Origin: Mucisphaera calidilacus
Lineage (GTDB): Bacteria; Planctomycetota; Phycisphaerae; Phycisphaerales; Phycisphaeraceae
Direction: 5' to 3'
NCBI RefSeq assembly: GCF_007748075.1
Contig: NZ_CP036280.1
Coordinates: 840,001 to 872,000, forward strand
DNA: 32,000 bases
Positions 1 through 8,763 of this stretch are shown here, piece by piece. Every line of letters starts with the position of its first letter. The first letter of the stretch is position 1. The translations under genes were made by a program, and so were the position numbers. A model generated the notes under the pieces. The model did no database searches and was not told the origin of the DNA. It worked only from the letters and a program-made list of their open reading frames with translations.

Positions 1-1264
1 CGTCGTCGCTGGTGTTGAAGCTGTCGGCGAGGATGGCGAGGTCGAGGAGGTCGACTGTGTTGTCGAGGTTGGCGTCGCCCGGGATGATGTTGCTGAGGTT
101 GAAGGTTGCGGTGCCGTCAGTGGCGAGGCTGGTGGTGTCGAAGGTTCCGATGGGCGTGTTGATGATGATCTCGTCGAACCATCCGGTGACGTCGGCGTTG
201 TTCCAGTCGAAGAATTGGATCGTGGTGTTGTCCCAGAACAGGAAGTCGATGTCGTCGAGACTCACGATCTCGATTTCGAGGGTTCCGCCCAGAGAGACGG
301 GGGTGTCGGGGCTGGCGAAGGTGATCAACGGCTCTCTGAACCAGTGCATCACGGCCTTGAGTTGCAGGTGGCTGTCGCTCGCCAGGTTCATGCCCTCGAC
401 GACGGTGACGGGGGCTTCGTCGTCACTACTGGGCGCGTCGATCAGACGGGAATCGCCGCTGCCGAGGTTGAACTGCCGGACGTAGCCCTCGTTGTTGATG
501 AGTCCTTCTGCGGCGGCGGCCTGATCGATCTGCTGCTGGGTGATTCCGCTCTCTCTGAAGTCGGTGTTGGTGAGATCGGCGTTGGTGAAATGGGCGCCTG
601 TGATATTGCTGCGGATGTGTGCGCCACGGAGTGTGCTGTTATCGAAGCGGGCGTCGATGTACTCGCCGAAGAGCCATGCGTCGGTGAGGTCGGCGTTCAT
701 GATGGATGCCGAGTAGAATTCAGAATTCAACAGTGCATTCGTGAGTATGGCGTTATCGAGGTTCAGTCTTCCTTCGAGCCAAGAGTCATAGAGAAAGAGT
801 GCGGCGTCGGTCAGATTGGCGTTTTCGAAGGAGAGATTGTGGTAGGAGTGATTGTGGTAAGTGTCGCCGTCGATACGGATTGTCGATTCAGTAAGATTGC
901 TGTTACTAAAAGTTAAGCTGTCATAGTAATCACCTAGGATCACGACCGTTGTCAGGTTTGCACCGGTGAAATTGGTATTAGTAAGTATGCTTTCTAATAA
1001 ATACGCGGTGGAGAGGTTGGTGTTCTGGAAGTTGACACCCGTGAGGTCCTTGTTCGGGAGCCATGCCATGCTGAGGTCGAGGTTGCTGAGGTCGGCATCG
1101 GGCAGGGCGTCACGGCCTGCTCCGTCGGGGCAGGTTGTTGAAGATTCCTGCCTGATGCGCGAGCCGCTGGCGGGATCGGCGTACTCCCACTGGTAGATGT
1201 CTGCGTGGGCGCAGGAGACGAACAAAGCGGCAACGAGAAGGGCCCTGGAAGCGGAAGTGATCAT
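1..1264 (-). CDS. Secreted pentapeptide-repeat protein with C-terminal dockerin-like motif (partial; the 3' end runs off the window; not in the supplied ORF track)
   Basis: Hand translation of the minus strand from the ATG at 1264-1262 is stop-free to base 1 (421 codons). It starts with MITSASRALLVAALFVSCAHA, a signal peptide. About 185 aa of A(D/N)LxX-type pentapeptide repeats follow (NLSFENANLTDAAL, IMNADLTDAWL, HFTNADLTNTDF; about 545-1099). The last visible residues are IPGDANLDNTVDLLDLAILADSFN (1-79), a dockerin/EF-hand-like motif. Plus-strand ORFs 12-485 and 215-916 are its antisense shadows. Confidence 0.75.
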   Translation of the reverse strand, partial: MITSASRALLVAALFVSCAHADIYQWEYADPASGSRIRQESSTTCPDGAGRDALPDADLSNLDLSMAWLPNKDLTGVNFQNTNLSTAYLLESILTNTNFTGANLTTVVILGDYYDSLTFSNSNLTESTIRIDGDTYHNHSYHNLSFENANLTDAALFLYDSWLEGRLNLDNAILTNALLNSEFYSASIMNADLTDAWLFGEYIDARFDNSTLRGAHIRSNITGAHFTNADLTNTDFRESGITQQQIDQAAAAEGLINNEGYVRQFNLGSGDSRLIDAPSSDDEAPVTVVEGMNLASDSHLQLKAVMHWFREPLITFASPDTPVSLGGTLEIEIVSLDDIDFLFWDNTTIQFFDWNNADVTGWFDEIIINTPIGTFDTTSLATDGTATFNLSNIIPGDANLDNTVDLLDLAILADSFNTSDD

Positions 1265-1348
1265 GATGTGGCTCCGGAAAGAGTTACTTCTTAAGAGCAA
1301 CATAGCCTTTGAGGGGTGTGGTGGGAAGGGGGAATTTGAGAGATTTGA

Positions 1349-1388
1349 AGAAAAACTCACCCTGCGTGGCTGGGAGGAAGGCAGGGCA
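1349..1388 (-). terminator. Possible intrinsic terminator downstream of rpoN
   Basis: The minus strand reads CCCTGC-(15 nt loop)-GCAGGG followed by TGAGTTTTTCTTC, about 60 nt after the rpoN stop. The stem is short and the loop large, so this is only moderate. Confidence 0.35.
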
Positions 1389-1448
1389 CCGTTTCTATTC
1401 GTGATGCTGTGTGGCGGGTCGTTGGGGCAGGGGTCGGTTGCGAAGGAT

Positions 1449-2978
1449 TTAGTATTCGCGGCGTTGTCGTGCGGCGGGGATGCCGAGTTGCTTGCGGTAC
1501 TTGGCGACGGTGCGTCGGGCGATGTCGATGCCTTTGGCCTTGAGGGCGTCGGCGAGGGCGTCGTCGGAGAGGGGGCTGGCCTTGTCTTCGGCGTCGACGA
1601 CCTCCTTGAGCCGGGCCTGGACGGCGGTCCAGCTCATCGCCTCGCCTTCTTCGGTTTCGGTGCCGCCTGAGAAGAACATGCGGAGGGGGAAGATGCCGCG
1701 CGGGGTCTGGAGGTACTTCTCGCTGACGGCGCGGGAGACGGTGGCGACGTGGATGCCGAGCTGGTCGGCGACGGTGGTCATGGGCAGGGGTTTGAGTCCG
1801 GACTCGCCCTGCTCGAAGAAGTCGCGTTGGGCGAGGACGACGACGTTGATCACGCGGAGCAGGGTGTTCTGCCGCTGTGCGATGGCGTCGAGGAGCCAGG
1901 AGGCCTCGCGGAGGTTGTTGCCGACGAACTCGCGGGTGCGTTTTTCGACCTCCTTGTCTTTGGCGAGCTGCTGGTAGGACTCGCTGATCTGGAGGGTGGG
2001 GATGCGGCTGTTGGTGAGGGTGGCGGAGTAGGTGTCGGTGTCGTCGTCGTACTCGATTACGGCGTCGGGTGTGATGCGGCGCATGCCGTCGTCGACGAGC
2101 TGCCGGCCGGGGTGGGGGTGGAAGCGACGCAGGGCGCGGAGGCCCTCCTTGATCTCGTCGAGTGTCAGGCCGGCTTCGCGTGCGATCCTGGGGAGGCGGT
2201 TGCCCTCGATGTCGTCGAGGTGTTCGTCGACGAGGAGCTCGGCGTGGTCGAGGGCGGTGCTGTTGTCGCGTTCGGCGTTGCGGTAGGCCTCGATCTGCAG
2301 GAGCAGGCATTCGCGGAGGTCGCGTGCGGCGAGGCCGGGGGGATCGAGGATCCGCTGGAGCTTGAGCAGGGCGCGGGCGAGGAGCGGCTCGGTGGTGTCG
2401 GGTGCCTGCTCGGCGAGTTCGGTGAGGGGCACGCGGAGGTAGCCGTCCTCGTCGATGTGGCTGATGATGATCTCGCCGGCGGCGGCGGTGTCGTCGTCGA
2501 CGTCGACGAGTCGCCACTGATCCATGAGCTGCTCGTAGAGCGAGAGGCCGCGCGAGGCGGTGTTGGCCATGGCGTCGAGCTTGGCGTCGCGCTCGCCTGT
2601 GTTGCGGGTAAAGGGTCGGGGCGTCCAGTCGTCGTTGCCCTGGGTGTTGGCGGCCCAGGACTCGCTGTACTCGGTGGTGAGGTTGTCGAGTCGTTCGAAG
2701 TCGTCGGCGTTGGTGGTGGCGGTGGGCTTGTCGTCGACGACGAGTTCGCGTTCGCCCTCGCGGTCGGCGTGTTCGGACGCGGCGCGGCCCGCCTCGACGT
2801 CGTAGTCCTCGACGCCCGGCTCGGAGAGTTCGAGGGTGGGGTTGGAGGCGAGTTCCTGCTCGATGCGTTCCTCGAGCGCGGCGAGGGGCATCTGGAGGAT
2901 CTCCATGGACTGGATCATGCGTGGGGCCAGCTTCATGCGCTGGTCGATCCGCATGTGTTGTCCGGTGGCGATCCTCAT
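1449..2978 (-). CDS. rpoN: RNA polymerase sigma-54 factor
   Basis: 509 aa. The region I-like N-terminus is QRMKLAPRMIQSMEILQMPLAALEERIEQEL. The C-terminal RpoN box is ARRTVAKYRKQLGIPAARQRREY. An acidic linker lies between them. Confidence 0.95.
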   Translation of the reverse strand: MRIATGQHMRIDQRMKLAPRMIQSMEILQMPLAALEERIEQELASNPTLELSEPGVEDYDVEAGRAASEHADREGERELVVDDKPTATTNADDFERLDNLTTEYSESWAANTQGNDDWTPRPFTRNTGERDAKLDAMANTASRGLSLYEQLMDQWRLVDVDDDTAAAGEIIISHIDEDGYLRVPLTELAEQAPDTTEPLLARALLKLQRILDPPGLAARDLRECLLLQIEAYRNAERDNSTALDHAELLVDEHLDDIEGNRLPRIAREAGLTLDEIKEGLRALRRFHPHPGRQLVDDGMRRITPDAVIEYDDDTDTYSATLTNSRIPTLQISESYQQLAKDKEVEKRTREFVGNNLREASWLLDAIAQRQNTLLRVINVVVLAQRDFFEQGESGLKPLPMTTVADQLGIHVATVSRAVSEKYLQTPRGIFPLRMFFSGGTETEEGEAMSWTAVQARLKEVVDAEDKASPLSDDALADALKAKGIDIARRTVAKYRKQLGIPAARQRREY

Positions 2979-3131
2979 TGACGGGTTCCGGGGAGGTGCG
3001 GGGGTGGCCGATGTGCAAAACGCGTACCGGCGCGGGTCTTTGTGTGGACTCCGGAAACATTATCGGTCATTTGGGGGGAGGGTGTTATGGCGAGGCGGGA
3101 GATTCGTGGTGTTGTTCGGATTGTGTTGGTG

Positions 3132-3749
3132 CTATTGGCCGGCGTTCATGCTCGTGCGTCCCTGGATGGCGTCGGAGAGGACGGCCTTGGAGACGGAGGC
3201 GAAGTTTGAGCCCGTGGGCATGCCGCGAGCGAGCCGTGTGACCCGGACGCCAAGGCGTTCGAGCTGCTCCATGAGGAAGAGGGCGGTGCCGTCGCCCTCG
3301 AGGGTGGGCGTGGTGGCGAGGACGACCTCGTCGATGGAGCTGGAGCGGATGCGTTCGAGCAGAGGCTCGGTGTTCATCTCGCCGGGGCCGATGCCGTCGA
3401 GGGGCGCGAGGCGTCCGAGCAGGACGTGGTAGAGGCCGCGGTAGCTGCCGAGTTGCTCGATGGCGACGATGTCGGAGGGGCGTTCGACGACCATGACGGT
3501 GGTGCGGTCGCGTTTGGTGTCGGCGCAGATCGCGCAGGGGTCGGCCTCGCTGAGGTTGCCGCATTCGGAGCAGACGCGGAGGTCGGTGACGAGGTCGTTG
3601 AGGGCGGTGGCGAGGGTCTGGGTTTCCTCGGGCGGCTGGCGGATGAGGTGGAAGGCGATGCGCTCGGCCGAGCGTTTGCCGATGCCGGGCAGTCGGCCGA
3701 GTCGGTCGATCAGGCGTGTCCAGGCCGAGTCATTTTCGGGGTTGGGCAT
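3132..3749 (-). CDS. recR: Recombination protein RecR
   Basis: 205 aa. Motifs seen: HhH LPGIGKRSAERIAFHL, C4 zinc finger CSECGNLSEADPCAICAD, Toprim VVERPSDIVAIE / TLEGDGTA, and the C-terminal RLARGMPTG. Confidence 0.95.
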   Translation of the reverse strand: MPNPENDSAWTRLIDRLGRLPGIGKRSAERIAFHLIRQPPEETQTLATALNDLVTDLRVCSECGNLSEADPCAICADTKRDRTTVMVVERPSDIVAIEQLGSYRGLYHVLLGRLAPLDGIGPGEMNTEPLLERIRSSSIDEVVLATTPTLEGDGTALFLMEQLERLGVRVTRLARGMPTGSNFASVSKAVLSDAIQGRTSMNAGQ

Positions 3750-3794
3750 GCCCTTAGATTAGGGTGGTTGTGCGGATGTGTGTAGGCTGAGCGG

Positions 3795-4073
3795 ATGAAC
3801 CCGGATGATTCAGTCTGTCTCTGTTTCCGCGTGAGTCAGCGGAAGATCGTGAACTACTGCCAGCGAGAGAAGCCGCCGGTGGCGTCGTTGATCTCGGAGT
3901 GTCTCTCGGCGGGGACGGGGTGCGGGTGGTGCGTGCCGTTTCTCAAGTCGCTGCACAAGCAGTGCGCGGAGGGGTGTGCGGATCCGGACCTGCCGTTTTC
4001 GCCGGAGGCGTACGCCCGGCAGCGTCTGCACTACCGGACGACGGGCGAGCGGCCGGACGACGGTCAGGGCTGA
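3795..4073 (+). CDS. BFD-like [2Fe-2S]-binding domain protein
   Basis: 92 aa. The four-Cys pattern CLC...(about 30 aa)...CGWC ([16 protein letters not shown]...[13 protein letters not shown]) is typical of bacterioferritin-associated-ferredoxin-like domains. Third-position GC is high. Confidence 0.75.
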   Translation: MNPDDSVCLCFRVSQRKIVNYCQREKPPVASLISECLSAGTGCGWCVPFLKSLHKQCAEGCADPDLPFSPEAYARQRLHYRTTGERPDDGQG

Positions 4074-5773
4074 TCGATGGCCTTGAGTTCTGCCTCGACG
4101 TTCCTGCGTCGCTCGACGCCATCGGGCGATCCGGTGTCGCGTTGGCGTCGGTCGACGGCGTGGAGGTTGAAGCGTGTGATGAGCCCGGAGAGCTGCTCGG
4201 ACTTCTCGGCGACCTTGGCGACGCCGTTGGAGGTCGCGGTGGCGGTCTCGATCGAGTGGTTGAGGACTTCGGAGATCTGGGTGATGCTGCGGCTGACGTC
4301 TTCGCTGGCCTCGCACTGTTCCTGACTGGAAGTGGCGATGTCGGCGACCATGGCGTCGACCTGGGTGTTGCTGTTGACGATCTCGCGGAGGCTGTCGTCG
4401 GCGCGGGCGGCGCGTTCGACGCCTGTCTGGACCTGCTGCTTGCCGGCGTTCATGTCCTCGACGGCCTGACCGGTTCCCTGCTGGATGGCGTCGATGGATC
4501 CGGCGATCTCGTCGGTGGCCTTGGTGGTTCGGTCGGCGAGCTTGCGGACCTCGTCGGCGACGACGGCGAACCCTCGGCCGTGCTCTCCGGCGCGGGCGGC
4601 CTCGATGGCGGCGTTGAGGGCGAGGAGGTTGGTCTGGTCGGCGATGTCGTTGATGACGCCGACGAGTTCGCCGATCTGCTGGCCGAGTTCGCCGAGCTGC
4701 TCGACGCTCTGGGCCGATCGGCCGACGGTCTCGGCGATGGTCTTCATCTCTTTGATGGTCTCGGTGACGACGTCGAGTCCGCTGCGTGCGTGCCTGCCGG
4801 ATTCGGCGGAGGCGGTCTGGGCGCCGCTGACCTTGTCGGCGACCTCGCGGCCGGCGTGGCTCATCTCCTCGGCGGCGCTGGCGATCTGGCTGGTCTGCAG
4901 GCCCTGAGCGCGGAGGTCTTCGACGACGGCCCGGGTGCGTTCGACGATCTCGCCGGAGGCGGCGTAGCTCTGCTGGGAGGCGCCGTTGACGGCGGCGACG
5001 AGGTTGTTGATCTTCTCGGCGAAGGTGTTGAAGCTGTCGATGAGGCTGCTGATCTCGTCGTTGGCGGTGGTTGCCCGGGCGCGCTGGCTGAGGTCGCCGT
5101 CGCCCTGGGCCATGTTGGTGATGATGTCGTTGAGCCGGACGATCGGGCTGACGAATTTCTGCTGCACGAACCAGACGGACAGACCGAGAACGGCGAGCCC
5201 GATGAGGCCGGCGGCGACGCCGAGGTACTCCAGGGTGTAGACGCCCGCCCTGGCCTCGTCCTGCATGGCGACGACGGCCTGGTTCATGAGCTTGAGCAGG
5301 GCGAGGTTGTTGGAATCGAGGACGGTGAGTGCGGCTTCGGCCTGCTGTGATTGCGGGTCGAGATCGGGGTTGAGGAGGACGGCGACGGCGGGCTTCATCG
5401 AGTCCCAGAGCTTGCGGCCCTGCTCGAGTGCGTCGCGTGCGCTCGCGGAGGTGACGGGCGGGAGTTCGATCTGCTTCTCGCCGACCGTGATCATGCCGCC
5501 CTGGAAGAGTCGTGTGAGTGAGTCGTCGAAGAGGGCGGTGGTCTTGCGGAGGTCATCCTGATGCCCGTGCATGGTTGCCGCGTCCTTGTCGTGGATGATC
5601 TCGAGGGCTTCCTTGGTCATTTTCTGGGAGAGCATGCGTTGGCGGCCGGCCATGTTGATGACCGAGCCGTCGATCTCCTGCCCGATGAGGGTCCAGATAT
5701 TGAGGCCCGCGTAAGCGCCGAGGACGAGCGTGACGGCGAGGAGCGGGAGGATGAGTTTGAAGCGGATGCCCAT
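4064..5773 (-). CDS. Methyl-accepting chemotaxis protein with PilJ/NarX-type periplasmic sensor
   Basis: The MCP hairpin core is [39 protein letters not shown]. The N-terminal TM helix is followed by the P-box-like [17 protein letters not shown], then a second TM plus a HAMP-like region. The track ORF extends to 5815. I prefer the ATG at 5773 ([14 protein letters not shown]...) because no SD precedes 5815. Confidence 0.9.
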   Translation of the reverse strand: MGIRFKLILPLLAVTLVLGAYAGLNIWTLIGQEIDGSVINMAGRQRMLSQKMTKEALEIIHDKDAATMHGHQDDLRKTTALFDDSLTRLFQGGMITVGEKQIELPPVTSASARDALEQGRKLWDSMKPAVAVLLNPDLDPQSQQAEAALTVLDSNNLALLKLMNQAVVAMQDEARAGVYTLEYLGVAAGLIGLAVLGLSVWFVQQKFVSPIVRLNDIITNMAQGDGDLSQRARATTANDEISSLIDSFNTFAEKINNLVAAVNGASQQSYAASGEIVERTRAVVEDLRAQGLQTSQIASAAEEMSHAGREVADKVSGAQTASAESGRHARSGLDVVTETIKEMKTIAETVGRSAQSVEQLGELGQQIGELVGVINDIADQTNLLALNAAIEAARAGEHGRGFAVVADEVRKLADRTTKATDEIAGSIDAIQQGTGQAVEDMNAGKQQVQTGVERAARADDSLREIVNSNTQVDAMVADIATSSQEQCEASEDVSRSITQISEVLNHSIETATATSNGVAKVAEKSEQLSGLITRFNLHAVDRRQRDTGSPDGVERRRNVEAELKAIDQP

Positions 5774-5899
5774 GGTGTCTCTTTCCGTGTCGTTGAGGAA
5801 GGTCACCAGAGACATCGGAGGACGGGCGGGTCCACTTCGGGTTATCCCTTATTCACTTGAAATGTTCGATATGTCGAGAGACGGGAGTCGGTCGTGTTT

Positions 5900-6676
5900 T
5901 TACACGTTGGCCATGCCGGCGTGCCGCACGGCATTCGTGATCATCGTGAGGCCGGGAGGGGTGGCGGACTGGTGCGCTTCGCCGAGGCGGGACCACTGCG
6001 GGTGCTGGAGGGGGTCACAGCAGCGTTCGGGGTGGGGCATGAGTCCGAGGACGAGCCCGGTGGGGTCGCAGAGTCCGGCGACACGGCCGGCGGAGCCGTT
6101 GACGTCTTCTGCGTAGCGCAGGGCGACCTGGCCGTTGGCCTCAAGATACTGGAGGGTGTTGTCGCTGAGCGCGAGCCGTCCTTCGCCGTGGGCGATGGGC
6201 AGGTCATAAGGCTGGGCGAGGTCCTGGGTCCAGACGCATCGGGTGTTGGCGACGGGCTCGATGCCGACCCAGCGGTCAACGAATCGGCCGGAGGTGTTGT
6301 GGGAGAGGGTGACGGACTGGCCGTCGGCGTCGGGATCGGGCAGGAGCCCCGCCTTGACGAGGACCTGGAAGCCGTTGCAGATGCCGATGATGGGCACACC
6401 CCGGTGGATGGCGTTGACGAGTGGCTGGTGGAGGTAGCGTCGGAGCCGGTCGGCGAAGACGCGTCCCGCGGCGATGTCGTCGCCGTAGCTGAACCCGCCG
6501 GGGAAGCCGATGAGATCGGCCCTGTCGAGGGCGTCGGGGTCGCTGATGAGGGCGTCGAGGTGGACGAGGCGTGGCGAGGCGCCGGCGCGTTCGAAGGCGT
6601 GGGCGAGCTCGCGGTCGCAGTTAGTGCCGGGGGCGCGGAAGATCAGCGCGTCGGGTCGGTTCTGGTGGGTCATCAC
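5900..6676 (-). CDS. purQ: Phosphoribosylformylglycinamidine synthase subunit PurQ (glutaminase)
   Basis: 258 aa. Motifs seen: FRAPGTNCDRELAHAFERAG, GFPGGFSYGDD, nucleophile motif GICNGFQVL, and the PHPER His/Glu pair. Confidence 0.92.
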   Translation of the reverse strand: MMTHQNRPDALIFRAPGTNCDRELAHAFERAGASPRLVHLDALISDPDALDRADLIGFPGGFSYGDDIAAGRVFADRLRRYLHQPLVNAIHRGVPIIGICNGFQVLVKAGLLPDPDADGQSVTLSHNTSGRFVDRWVGIEPVANTRCVWTQDLAQPYDLPIAHGEGRLALSDNTLQYLEANGQVALRYAEDVNGSAGRVAGLCDPTGLVLGLMPHPERCCDPLQHPQWSRLGEAHQSATPPGLTMITNAVRHAGMANV

Positions 6677-6874
6677 CCCATCTTAACCGAATTGAGGGCT
6701 GATCCGGCTTGACAGCAGGGGGGTGAACAGGGGACACTGTTCGGTTCGCGGCAGATCGGCCCCTGGGCGGTCCACGGGTTCTGTGCGCGAGCAACCAGGC
6801 GTGAGGGTCTTCCCCGGCCCAACCGCGATCCGCGACACGAGCGGATACACCCAAGTATCGGATTCCAAAACAAC

Positions 6875-8686
6875 ATGGTGGATCGTAACCTGATCGCGTC
6901 GCTGGGCCTCGAGGACGACATGGCACAGCAGATGATCGAGGAGGCGCTGGGCCAGGATGTCGCCCAGGGCAACATGGAGGGCCTGCTTGAGGACACCATC
7001 GGTGACTTCAAGCCCGGCACCATTCTCAAGGGCAAGATCATCGGCCACGCCGGTGATGACTTCCTCGTCGAACTGGGCCTCAAGTCCGAGGGCATCCTCG
7101 ACAAGACCGAGTTCGAGTCGCCGGCGGACGTCGAGATCGGCGACGTCGTCGAGGTCCTGCTCGAGGAGGTCGAGACCGACGACGGCCACGTCTCGATCTC
7201 GAAGCGCAAGGCCGACCGCATCCGCGGCTGGGAGCGCATCATCGAGGAGAAGGACGAGGGCGACACGATCGAGGGCCGCGTCATGCGGAAGATCAAGGGC
7301 GGTCTGCTCGTCGACATCGGCGTGCCGGTCTTCCTGCCCGCGTCGCAGGTCGACATCCGCCGTCCGGCGGACATCGGCATCTACATCGGCCAGACGATCG
7401 AGGCGCAGGTGCTCAAGATCGACACCGAGCGGCGCAACATCGTCATCTCGCGGCGGAAGCTGATCGAGGAGCGTCGTGCCGAGCAGCGCTCGAAGCTGCT
7501 GGAGAACATCAACGAGGGCGACGTGGTCGTCGGCACGGTCAAGAACATCGCCGACTTCGGCGCGTTCGTGGACCTCGGCGGCATCGACGGCCTGCTGCAC
7601 ATCACCGACATGTCGTGGGGCCGCGTGAACCACCCGTCCGACATGGTGAAGATCGACCAGAAGCTCGAGGTCAAGATCCTCAACATCGACTACGAGAAGG
7701 AAAAGATCGCGCTGGGTCTCAAGCAGAAGGAAGACTCGCCGTGGAAGGACATCGAGCAGAAGTACCCGCCGCACACGCGCGTGAGCGGCGAGGTGACGAA
7801 CATCATGTCCTACGGCGCGTTCGTGAAGCTCGAGGACGGCGTCGAGGGCCTGGTGCACATCTCCGAGATGTCGTGGACCAAGCGGATCAACCATCCGTCC
7901 GAGATGGTCTCGATCGGCGACGAGGTCGACGTGGTCATCCTTGACTTCAACAAGGACAAGCAGGAGATCTCGCTCGGCATGAAGCAGGTCGAGGTCAACC
8001 CCTGGGAGCTGGTCGCCGAGAAGTACCCCCCCGGGACGGTCGTCGAGGGCAAGGTGCGGAACCTGGCCTCGTACGGCGCCTTCGTCGAGATCGAGCCGGG
8101 CATCGACGGCCTGCTGCACGTCTCCGACCTGTCGTGGACCAAGAAGATCAGCCACCCCAACGAGATGCTCAAGAAGGGCGACGAGGTCCGCTGCGTGGTC
8201 CTCGAGGTGGATCAGTCGAAGCAGCGTGTCGCGCTCGGCCTCAAGCAGATGACCGAGGACCCGTGGATCGAGGCGATCCCCAGTGCCTACCAGCCGGGTA
8301 TGATCGTTCAGGGCAAGGTGACCAAGATCACCAACTTCGGCGTCTTCGTCGAGCTGGAAGACGATCTCGAGGGCCTGCTGCACATCTCCGAGCTGTCGGA
8401 CCACAAGGTCGAGAACCCGCAGGACGTCGTGGTCGCCGACCAGGACATCGAGGTCAAGATCCTCCGTGTGGACCTCGACGACCGGAAGATCGGCCTGTCG
8501 CTCAAGCGTGCCCAGTGGACCTCGGATCAGGAAGCGGCGGCGTCGCAGTCGCAGGCTCCGTCCGGCGGTCAGGGTGGTGGCGGTGCGGCACCGGCCGGCG
8601 GCGGACTGGGCGGCCTGGGTGGCGGCGACCACCTCGGCACCGACAAGATCACCTTCGGGCAGGGCGGCGCAAAGCCGCAGGAGTGA
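6875..8686 (+). CDS. rpsA: 30S ribosomal protein S1
   Basis: 603 aa with six S1/OB repeats. The signature FGAFV(D/E)L..G(I/V)(D/E)GL(L/V)H(I/V)S(E/D)(M/L)SW recurs about every 260 nt. There is a Gly-rich C-terminal tail. An alternative start is the ATG at 6920, behind GAGGA. Confidence 0.95.
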   Translation: MVDRNLIASLGLEDDMAQQMIEEALGQDVAQGNMEGLLEDTIGDFKPGTILKGKIIGHAGDDFLVELGLKSEGILDKTEFESPADVEIGDVVEVLLEEVETDDGHVSISKRKADRIRGWERIIEEKDEGDTIEGRVMRKIKGGLLVDIGVPVFLPASQVDIRRPADIGIYIGQTIEAQVLKIDTERRNIVISRRKLIEERRAEQRSKLLENINEGDVVVGTVKNIADFGAFVDLGGIDGLLHITDMSWGRVNHPSDMVKIDQKLEVKILNIDYEKEKIALGLKQKEDSPWKDIEQKYPPHTRVSGEVTNIMSYGAFVKLEDGVEGLVHISEMSWTKRINHPSEMVSIGDEVDVVILDFNKDKQEISLGMKQVEVNPWELVAEKYPPGTVVEGKVRNLASYGAFVEIEPGIDGLLHVSDLSWTKKISHPNEMLKKGDEVRCVVLEVDQSKQRVALGLKQMTEDPWIEAIPSAYQPGMIVQGKVTKITNFGVFVELEDDLEGLLHISELSDHKVENPQDVVVADQDIEVKILRVDLDDRKIGLSLKRAQWTSDQEAAASQSQAPSGGQGGGGAAPAGGGLGGLGGGDHLGTDKITFGQGGAKPQE

Positions 8687-8711
8687 TCCGACTTTCCCAT
8701 GGATACGACAA

Positions 8712-8740
8712 AGCCCCGGACCTGGTCCGGGGCTTTTTTT
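8712..8740 (+). terminator. Intrinsic terminator after rpsA (possibly bidirectional)
   Basis: AGCCCCGGAC-ctg-GTCCGGGGCT is a perfect 10-bp stem whose 3' arm ends in the first T of a 7-T run (8734-8740). It sits 26 nt after the rpsA stop. An A-tract precedes the stem. Confidence 0.75.
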
Positions 8741-8763
8741 ATGCGCTGAGCTGTGTCGTTTGT

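Noticed and set aside
12-916. Plus-strand ORFs 12-485 and 215-916 at the left edge
   Set aside because: The minus strand is open through the whole interval. It encodes a coherent signal peptide, pentapeptide repeats and a dockerin-like motif. The plus-strand ORFs are antisense artefacts. The track omitted the true gene only because it lacks an in-window stop.
1357-3060. 567-aa Arg/Pro-rich ORF on the minus strand, and 410-aa plus-strand ORF 1749-2981, both overlapping rpoN
   Set aside because: These are alternative-frame and antisense shadows of a GC3-rich gene. Their composition is extreme (poly-R/P or G/V/E/D-rich) and they have no recognisable motifs. The 1449-2978 frame carries unmistakable sigma-54 signatures.
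7587-8405. DNA repeat with about 260-bp periodicity (GGCCTGCTGCACATC(A/T)CCGA...TCGTGG at about 7587, 7843, 8103 and 8370)
   Set aside because: It is explained by the tandem S1 (OB-fold) domains of rpsA, each with a GLLHISE(M/L)SW signature. It is not a CRISPR array or satellite.
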